From: Bdellovibrionales bacterium
GTDB lineage: Bacteria; Bdellovibrionota; Bdellovibrionia; Bdellovibrionales; UBA1609
Direction: 5' to 3'
Length of the DNA: 32,000 nt
Assembly: GCA_965247685.1 (NCBI GenBank)
Contig: OZ252021.1
Span: 600,001-632,000, forward strand
Part shown: positions 21,448-27,751 of the stretch, piece after piece
How the letters are laid out: every line of letters begins with the position of its first letter
Numbering within the stretch: position 1 is the first letter of the stretch
Position numbers and translations under genes: made by a program
Notes under the pieces: generated by a model
Told to the model about the DNA's origin: nothing
Databases searched by the model: none
What the model saw: only the letters and a program-made list of their open reading frames with translations

Positions 21448-21627
21448 ATCTACTTTAGGGACGTGGGTTGCTTTGACTGTTTTAAGCTTATCAGCAATAA
21501 CGTTATCTGCAGCTTTTTGACAAAGTTTTTCAAATTGCTTGCTTAACTCTTCAACAGCTTCAGAAGAAGTCTTAAGACCTCTTTCTTTGAATAAATCCTT
21601 CGTTTTTTTAACTATGACTAATGACAT
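21424..21627 (-). CDS. Small histone-fold-like DNA-binding protein (DUF1931 / bacterial histone type)
   Basis: 67 aa if started at the second ATG (21627). That ATG lies 9 nt after an AGGAGA SD, whereas the first ATG at 21636 abuts the SD. From memory, the sequence MSLVIVKKTKDLFKERGLKTSSEAVEELSKQFEKLCQKAADNVIADKLKTVKATHV resembles singlet bacterial histone-fold proteins of the Bdellovibrio type. It is convergent with ligA and overlaps its 3' end by 24 nt. Confidence 0.55.
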   Translation of the reverse strand: MSLVIVKKTKDLFKERGLKTSSEAVEELSKQFEKLCQKAADNVIADKLKTVKATHVPKVDLNLSSDS

Positions 21628-22151
21628 AATGCACATTCTCCTTTTTATAATGAAAATTGCTATCAGATTAGAGGCTTAAAATCCAGAAAAAAAAGAGCCT
21701 TATTTCCTTTATAAAAAGATCTACTTGAAAAAACTAAGAGAAATCAATAACTTATGCTAAATCCTTATCTTTTCAAAAATAGATTTTAAAGTCTTAATTT
21801 TATACAAAAAAGCTTTGGGGGAATCTTTCGGCTAAAACCACAGAATTTTTAGGGGAATTATATACTTAACTTTCCATGGAATTTGACTTGATTTGAGGCA
21901 ATGGAAAATCTGAAGAAAGTTTTGAAAATAATTCTTTCTTAATAAACCAGAGAAAAAATCTAAGAAGATTTTAAAAACAACACAGCCAAAGAATAACCAC
22001 GCTTTAAAAAAGACATGATTAGTCTTTAAAGAAGAATTTAATATTAATCTTAAAAATTTTGAACCGCCTGTGTAAAATGTAAAGATTCATGCTTTATGAA
22101 TATATATACAAAAACTATACAATTTATAAATTATGTATAAATAAATAGTGT

Positions 22152-22220
22152 GAAGTCGTCGATAGTATATATATATGTTATTTTTTGAAATAAATTCTTA
22201 AGTATCAATGAAGGTAAAAG
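22152..22220 (+). promoter_or_regulatory. Conserved 5' cassette of the S8-HEAT family (copy A): putative promoter/5'UTR/RBS
   Basis: …GTCGTCGATAGTATAT…TTATTTTTTGAAATAAATTCTTAAGTATCAATGAAGGTAAAAG-ATG. The last ~45 nt are identical in all three copies. GAAGGT 7-8 nt before the ATG is SD-like. The function is inferred only from conservation and position. Confidence 0.4.
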
Positions 22221-24149
22221 ATGTACTTTTTAAAACAAATTTTTAAAGTGTCTTTTCTATTGATTTTTTTAAGCTTTAGTTTGTTCGCACAAACTAATGA
22301 AGAAGACACAGAAGCAGGTTCTCCTGCAAATTGTCCTTCTTGTGAGAATAGTTTTAGTTTGTTCCCACAAACTAATGAAGAAGATACAGAAGCAGGTTCT
22401 CCTGCAAATTGTCCTTCTTGTGAGAATAATTCTCCGTCAATGAGATTATCCAAGGATTTAGATTCCTTACGAAAAGCTAATGTGAAAACCTGTAATGTAA
22501 TATATTCGCCACATAATTCCATGAAAGACAGAATGGGGCTATCTGATTACTGGGCTCAAGAGCTGATAGGAGCGGATCTTTTAAGAGAAGAGTTAGAAAA
22601 AGTTCCTCCTCCTAAAACAAAGAATTTTATTGCTGTTTTTGACACTTCGACGAACAATCACAACGTTCATGTGAAGAATTTAATTTCTGATGAAGGCACT
22701 CAAGCTATTTTACCAGAATTAAAAGACCAAATAGTTTATGCTGAAGCAATTGATCCTCTTCAGTTTGTAGCAGCGGCTGAGCGTTTCCTCCGACAAGGGA
22801 CTCCTTCTTTTATCAATAATTCGGCGACTTATGTGTGGGAGAAGCTTTCGCGAACCATCTATGGGGCTTTTAAATCCTTATCTCCACCTTCTGTGCTAGT
22901 GACTAGTAGTGGTAATTACTATCCTATAGGTGTAGAGCAAATGAAAAGTGAAGCTTCAAAGGAGTTTTCAGCTATTATTGTGGGTAGCTTATCCCCCAAT
23001 GGGGTTGTGAGCAATCATTCTTCAGATGGAGAAGAAGTGCATATTCTAGCTCCTGCTGATGCATTTATCACAACTGCTGATGCTCAAGGGAATTATAGGC
23101 GATTTGGAGGCACCAGTGGAGCTGCTCCTTTAGTGACGGGTAGTTTAGCAGGATTTGAATGGCTTTCTGGTTATCATCCTACAGCCAAAGAGTCCAAAAT
23201 ACTTTTGGAAAAAACAGCTCTTCCTACACTCGAGTCCCTCGTGAAACCAAGAAGAAACGGGGTAGGTTTATTAAATTCCTATAAACTAGGAATGGTGGCT
23301 CAACGTTTAAAGCAAAAATGCCAGAACAAAAAGCCGTCTTGTTTTAAGAAAGAGATTGAAAATAATGAGAACTATATATTTAAAGTGGATCCAAATGTAA
23401 AGAATGAATTGTCGAGAGTGTTCCCTTCTTGTGCTATGAAAAATAGGTCTAAGCCACATGAGAATACAGTCCTATCTAGTTGTGAAGATAAGAAAAGAGT
23501 ATTTAAGCAGTTAAGAAAAGTAGCACTCCTTACTTCTCATCAAAAAGAGTTCTTAGATGCTTTAAGCTGTATCTATAAAGAGGAAGGATTTGATAGAAAT
23601 GCAAAAGCTTTAAAAAATTTATCTAGATTTTCTAGTTTCAAAAGAGAATTCTTTGAAAGATTATTGACAGGAATGATAGAGGATTTTGATCCTAATATGA
23701 GACAAGCAGCTGTTAGGCAAGCGAGTAAGTTAGGATATGAACGCGGCTTTCAATTGCTAGAAAAATCGATACAAACTTCAATTTATAAAGTTAAAAAAGC
23801 AGTTGTTAAGTCCGCGAGTCAGATGGGAGGTCCGAAAGGCTTAGAGATGTTAGAAAAATTGGGACAAGATTCAAATCCTGAAGTTAGAAGCATAGTTGCT
23901 TATTACGCGAGTCAGATGGAAGATGAGCAAGGCTTAGAGATTTTAGAAAAATTGGCAAAAGATCCAGACCCTGCAGTTAGACAAGCAGTTGTTTATTATG
24001 CGAGTCAGATGGGAGGCGATCGAGTTATTGAGTTGTTGCAACAATTAGCAGCTGATGAAAATCACAAGGTCAGAGAACTTGCAAAGTTGTTGCTCGCAAA
24101 GTTGTTGCTCAATGAAAAAATGAAGAAACGGAAAATAAATAATTCATAA
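22221..24149 (+). CDS. Secreted subtilase (S8)-like protein with 4-Cys module and C-terminal HEAT-like repeats (family copy A)
   Basis: 642-aa ORF with a Sec signal peptide (…FLSFSLFA/QT). The S8 motif series is present (IAVFDT, HNVHVKNLI, SFINNS, VTSSGNYY, GTSGAAPLVTGSLAG). A Cys module (KCQNKKPSC…FPSCA…SSCED) follows, then about 4-5 degenerate 31-aa HEAT/PBS-like repeats (DPDPAVRQAVVYYASQMGG). Confidence 0.8.
   Translation: MYFLKQIFKVSFLLIFLSFSLFAQTNEEDTEAGSPANCPSCENSFSLFPQTNEEDTEAGSPANCPSCENNSPSMRLSKDLDSLRKANVKTCNVIYSPHNSMKDRMGLSDYWAQELIGADLLREELEKVPPPKTKNFIAVFDTSTNNHNVHVKNLISDEGTQAILPELKDQIVYAEAIDPLQFVAAAERFLRQGTPSFINNSATYVWEKLSRTIYGAFKSLSPPSVLVTSSGNYYPIGVEQMKSEASKEFSAIIVGSLSPNGVVSNHSSDGEEVHILAPADAFITTADAQGNYRRFGGTSGAAPLVTGSLAGFEWLSGYHPTAKESKILLEKTALPTLESLVKPRRNGVGLLNSYKLGMVAQRLKQKCQNKKPSCFKKEIENNENYIFKVDPNVKNELSRVFPSCAMKNRSKPHENTVLSSCEDKKRVFKQLRKVALLTSHQKEFLDALSCIYKEEGFDRNAKALKNLSRFSSFKREFFERLLTGMIEDFDPNMRQAAVRQASKLGYERGFQLLEKSIQTSIYKVKKAVVKSASQMGGPKGLEMLEKLGQDSNPEVRSIVAYYASQMEDEQGLEILEKLAKDPDPAVRQAVVYYASQMGGDRVIELLQQLAADENHKVRELAKLLLAKLLLNEKMKKRKINNS
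22275..22430 (+). repeat. 78-nt tandem duplication (2 units) inside the 5' end of copy A
   Basis: Units 22275-22352 and 22353-22430 differ at only a few positions. They encode FSLFAQTNEEDTEAGSPANCPSCENS / FSLFPQTNEEDTEAGSPANCPSCENN. Confidence 0.9.
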
Positions 24150-24161
24150 ACAAATACCCTA

Positions 24162-24227
24162 GAGTTGTCGATAACGTATGTATATTATTTTTTGAAATAA
24201 ATTCTTAAGTATCAATGAAGGTAAAAG
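24162..24227 (+). promoter_or_regulatory. Conserved 5' cassette (copy B)
   Basis: GAGTTGTCGATAACGTATGTATATTATTTTTTGAAATAAATTCTTAAGTATCAATGAAGGTAAAAG is identical to 27686..27751. Confidence 0.4.
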
Positions 24228-25112
24228 ATGTACTTTTTAAAACAAATTTTTAAAGTGTCTTTTCTATTGATTTTTTTAAGTATTAGTTTGTTCGCACAAG
24301 CTAATGAAGAAGACACAGAAGCAGGTTCTCCTGCAAATTGTCCTTCTTGTGAGGATAATTCTCCTTTAATACAATTAACCAAGGATATACTGGGGTTTCC
24401 AAAAAGACTCTTCATAAATGAGTTTTCTTGGCTAAAGGATACGTTGTTGAGTCCACATACAAAAGGAAAAGCTAAGATGAATACCTGTGATGTAATATAT
24501 TCGACACGTAATTTCATAAAATCATCACTAATACCATTATCTCTATCTGATTACTGGGCTCAAGAGATGATAGGAGCGGATCTTTTAAGAGAAGAGTTAG
24601 AAAAAGTTCCTCCTCCTAAAACAAAGAATTTTATTGCTGTTTTTGACACTTCGACGAACAATCACAACGTTCATGTGAAGAATTTAATTTCTGATGAAGG
24701 CACTCAAGCTATTTTACCAGAATTAAAAGACCAAATAGTTTATGCTGAAGCAATTGATCCTCTTCAGTTTGTAGCAGCGGCTGAGCGTTTCCTCCGACAA
24801 GGGACTCCTTCTTTTATCAATAATTCGCTGAGTTGGAGTTCGCGAACCGGCTATGATGCTTATAAATCCTTATCTCCACCTTCTGTGATAGTGACTGCCA
24901 GTGGTAATAGATATCCTAGTAGTTGTATAGGGCAAATAAAAAGCGAAGCTTCAAAGGAGTTTTCAGCTATTATTGTGGGTAGCCTTTCTGCAACTGGTCG
25001 TGTGAGCACATTTTCTTCATCTGGACCTGATGTTAAAAGAATGGCTGCTTATTATGCGAAGGAGATGGGAGGCAAGGGCTTAGAGTTGTTAATAAGAGAA
25101 GATGACAAATGA
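24228..25112 (+). pseudogene. In-frame deletion derivative of the S8-HEAT family (copy B), lacking the catalytic Ser region, Cys module and all but the last HEAT repeat
   Basis: The 294-aa ORF is colinear with copy C up to …FSSSG (25025), then jumps to the last repeat (PDVKRMAAYYAKEMGGKGLELLIREDDK). This equals removal of C coordinates 28550-30055, which is 1506 nt or 502 codons (796-502=294). The frame remains open, so it could still be expressed as a non-catalytic protein. Confidence 0.7.
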
Positions 25113-25216
25113 TAAAGACTCCTATGTCAATAGGCTTTGAGTTATTGCAAACGATGATAGATGATGGAGATCCTGATATCAAAACACTTGTAAACCAGTA
25201 TCTATCTGAATTAAAA
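25026..25216 (+). repeat. Conserved 3' cassette of the family (copy after B)
   Basis: Near-identical to 30056..30246 (offset 5030). It spans the last HEAT repeat, the stop codon and ~105 nt of downstream sequence. The downstream part encodes an out-of-frame HEAT-like remnant (MIKTPMSIGFELLQTMIDDGDPDIKTLVNQYLSELK). Confidence 0.9.
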
Positions 25217-25239
25217 TAAAAAAGTAAGAGATGTTAGTT

Positions 25240-26016
25240 ATGAAATTAAAGTATGGGCGTTTCGTTTCAATTTTTTTTGTTTTATTACTTTCTCATTGTT
25301 CTGAAAATGAAGAAACTGCACCTTCCGATAATAATACAGAAGTTCAACAGAGATCTGTCCAAAATGAAACTAGAAAGAACAACCAGTCTGATATTACTTC
25401 TGAGAATAATGTAGGTGAGGCGCCTACTTCTACGACTTCAAATGGAGAAGGGGGTGATCAAAATGTAAGAACTGTAACTTCCGGTAATGAGAAAGAAGTC
25501 CAACAGAGATCTGATGATCGAAGAAATGAAGCTGGAAATAGCAACCAGGTTGAGAGTATTTCTGCTGGTGAGTCTTGTGTGTTTCATGGGGGACTATATG
25601 CTACAGAGGAGGATTTGATTTGGAATTGGCCTTGGTGGGGTTATCAAGCCCAAGCGATTGAAATAGCAAGAGATTCCCATAATAATTTGATCATCATGAT
25701 TGAAGATGATGAAAATAACAAAGTTTGTTCCATTTTTAGAGACGTTCAGTTTAGTGATGGTAACTTTGTTTTTTCATCTGTAAATAGCTATAGTGGTGCC
25801 AGAAACGATGAAAATTTTATGTCTGGAGTGGCTAAGATTGATTTTAGCTTTTTAGAGATGCAGACAGGCTCTTATGTTTGTATTATGGAAAGATTGATTG
25901 TCTCTAGTCCAGATGGTAACTCTGATGACACAGAGACTATAGAACTAATTGAGCCAACACCTATTGATCCAATGGCTGGAGATGAATTAAGGAAGTTTTG
26001 TGAGAAAGGTTTGTGA
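25240..26016 (+). CDS. Putative lipoprotein, family member D (unique C-terminal domain)
   Basis: The start is taken at the second ATG (MKLKYGRFVSIFFVLLLSHC), 9 nt after AAGAG. The signal peptide has a lipobox-like LLSHC, though His at -1 is atypical. A Ser/Thr/Asn/Glu-rich linker follows, then a ~140-aa domain with WNWPWWGY that I do not recognise. The ORF track start is 25231. Confidence 0.6.
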   Translation: MKLKYGRFVSIFFVLLLSHCSENEETAPSDNNTEVQQRSVQNETRKNNQSDITSENNVGEAPTSTTSNGEGGDQNVRTVTSGNEKEVQQRSDDRRNEAGNSNQVESISAGESCVFHGGLYATEEDLIWNWPWWGYQAQAIEIARDSHNNLIIMIEDDENNKVCSIFRDVQFSDGNFVFSSVNSYSGARNDENFMSGVAKIDFSFLEMQTGSYVCIMERLIVSSPDGNSDDTETIELIEPTPIDPMAGDELRKFCEKGL

Positions 26017-26186
26017 TTTTTTTGTGAGAATATTTTATCTCTCATCTTAGTTTGATAGCAATTCTTTTGGAAAATTAATTTCACTTCGACGTCACAGGTG
26101 AAATAACTTTGTTGATTTTCAGTTTAAATAAGAGTCTTCTTATAGTAGAAGCTAAAATTAGTTTTTTTAAGTAAGAGGTGTTAGTT

Positions 26187-26777
26187 ATGAAATTAAAGTA
26201 TGGGTATTTCGTTTCAATTTTTTTTGTTTTATTACTTTCTCATTGTTCTAAAAATGAAGAACCTGCAACTTCCGATATTACTTCTGAGAATGATGTAAGT
26301 GAGAAGTCGAATTCTGCCACTTTAGAAAAAGTAGCTGATCAAAATGAAGAAACTGTAACTTCCGATAATGAGAAAGAAGTCCAACAGAGCTCTGATCAAA
26401 CTGGGGCTGAAGAGGATACTGAGGTTGCTCAGACAGACGACTCCGTTGATGATAATGATCTTTTTAAAGTCTTATCCTACTGTGAAGATCAGGTATCGAA
26501 GGAGTTAAACAAAATATTCCTTTCTCCTAAAAAGGAACTCTTCAATATTTTAAGTAGAAGCGGGGTAGATTTAGAACGGGGCTATAAACTAGGAATTCTG
26601 GCTCTAGAATTAGGACAAAAATGCGAAAACCAGTTGTCGACTTGTTATATGCTGGAGATTGAAAATAAGAAGTGCGATATATTTGAGTTGGCTCCAAAGT
26701 TAAAGCAGGAATTGATTAGAAGGGTTCCTTCTTGTGCTGGTGTAGTAGACGCAATCTTAGCCAGCTGTGAAGAATAG
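26187..26777 (+). CDS. Putative lipoprotein, family member E (acidic linker plus the 4-Cys module shared with S8-HEAT proteins)
   Basis: It has the same signal/lipobox as D. Its C-terminus (GYKLGILALELGQKCENQLSTCYMLEIENKKCDIFELAPKLKQELIRRVPSCAGVVDAILASCEE) aligns with the post-protease module of copies A and C (SYKLGMVAQRLKQKCQNKKPSCFKKEIENNENYIFKVDPNVKNELSRVFPSCA…SSCED). It ends at a TAG where C has CAG. Confidence 0.6.
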   Translation: MKLKYGYFVSIFFVLLLSHCSKNEEPATSDITSENDVSEKSNSATLEKVADQNEETVTSDNEKEVQQSSDQTGAEEDTEVAQTDDSVDDNDLFKVLSYCEDQVSKELNKIFLSPKKELFNILSRSGVDLERGYKLGILALELGQKCENQLSTCYMLEIENKKCDIFELAPKLKQELIRRVPSCAGVVDAILASCEE

Positions 26778-26950
26778 AAAAAAATATTGAAGCAGTTAAG
26801 AAAAGCCATGTTCCTTACTTCTTCTAGGAAGGAATACTTAGATAGTTTAAGTTGTATCTATAAAGAGAAAGAATTTCAATGGTGGAGATTCCGATATCAA
26901 AACACTTGTAAACCAGTATCTATCTGAATTAAAACTGAATTAAAATAAAA
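26778..26950 (+). pseudogene. Collapsed remnant of an S8-HEAT 3' half downstream of E
   Basis: After the TAG the frame stays open for 49 codons (KKILKQLRKAMFLTSSRKEYLDSLSCIYKEKEF…), homologous to C 28997-29125. It then jumps directly to the terminal 3' cassette (GGAGATTCCGATATCAAAACACTTGTAAACCAGTATCTATCTGAATTAAAA), with CTGAATTAAAA duplicated. Confidence 0.7.
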
Positions 26951-26968
26951 AAGTAAGAGATGTTAGTT

Positions 26969-27544
26969 ATGAAATTAAATTACGGGTATTTCGTTTCAAT
27001 TTTTTTTGTTTTATTACTTTCTCATTGTTCTAAAAATGAAGAACCTGCAACTTCCGATATTACTTCTGAGAATGATGTAAGTGAGACGTCGAATTCTGCC
27101 ACTTTAGAAAAAGTAGCTGATCAAAATGAAGAAACTATAACTTCCGATAATGAGAAAGAAGTCCAACAGAGCTCTGATCAAACTGGGGCTGAAGAGGTTG
27201 CTCAGACAGACGACTCCGTTGATGATGAGCTTTTTGCAGTCTTATCTTACTGTGAAGATCAGATATCGAAGGAGTTAAACAAAATATTCCTTGCCCCTAG
27301 AAAGGAATTCTTAAGTATTATAATAAGAAGCAGGATACGTTTGATAAGGGGCTATAAACTAGGAAGGTTAGCTCTACGATTAAGACGCAAATGCCAAAAC
27401 CAGCAGTATTGTTATATGCTGGAGATTGACAATAATAAGTGTTATATATTTAAAGTGGCTCCAAAGTTAAAGCAGGAATTGATTAGAAGGGTTCCTTCTT
27501 GTTCTAGTGTTGTAGACGCAATCTTAGCCAGCTGTGAAGAATAG
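26969..27544 (+). CDS. Putative lipoprotein, family member F (paralog of E)
   Basis: About 190 aa and highly similar to E throughout. It has the same lipobox, acidic linker, 4-Cys module and identical terminal …ASCEE-TAG. The ORF track start is 26960. Confidence 0.6.
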   Translation: MKLNYGYFVSIFFVLLLSHCSKNEEPATSDITSENDVSETSNSATLEKVADQNEETITSDNEKEVQQSSDQTGAEEVAQTDDSVDDELFAVLSYCEDQISKELNKIFLAPRKEFLSIIIRSRIRLIRGYKLGRLALRLRRKCQNQQYCYMLEIDNNKCYIFKVAPKLKQELIRRVPSCSSVVDAILASCEE

Positions 27545-27685
27545 AAAAAAATATTGAAGCAGTTAAGAAAAGCAAGTCTCCTTACTTCTCCCAACAAGAA
27601 ATTTTTAGATGTTTTAAGTTGTATCTATAAAGAGAGAGGATTTCATCAGAATGCAAAAGCTTTAAAAAATTTAGCTAATGCCGCG
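27545..27685 (+). pseudogene. Remnant of S8-HEAT mid-region downstream of F
   Basis: The frame stays open for 59 codons after the TAG (KKILKQLRKASLLTSPNKKFLDVLSCIYKERGFHQNAKALKNLANA…), homologous to copy A around 23505-23625. Homology ends exactly where the 5' cassette of copy C begins (27686). Confidence 0.7.
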
Positions 27686-27751
27686 GAGTTGTCGATAACG
27701 TATGTATATTATTTTTTGAAATAAATTCTTAAGTATCAATGAAGGTAAAAG
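27686..27751 (+). promoter_or_regulatory. Conserved 5' cassette (copy C)
   Basis: Identical to 24162..24227. See copy A for the shared core. Confidence 0.4.

Noticed and set aside
22205-22522. 101-105-aa ORFs on the minus strand at 22205-22522, 24212-24517 and 27736-28041. They are conserved in three copies.
   Set aside because: They lie exactly antisense to the conserved 5' ends of the S8-HEAT genes. Their conservation is explained by the sense-strand cassette. Their starts sit inside the sense coding region and they lack any SD or recognisable motif.
25100-25125. Possible programmed frameshift or read-through joining the S8-HEAT ORF to the downstream HEAT-like remnant.
   Set aside because: There is no slippery heptamer. 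Tandem stops (TGA TAA) lie in the zero frame. The spacing to the next repeat is far shorter than one repeat unit, which indicates an internal deletion rather than recoding.
26775-26777. The shared in-frame TAG in E and F as evidence for stop-codon reassignment.
   Set aside because: TAG terminates well-supported genes in the same window (fic, nadD::rsfS, gatB) at positions matching normal protein ends. Genome-wide reassignment is therefore not supported.
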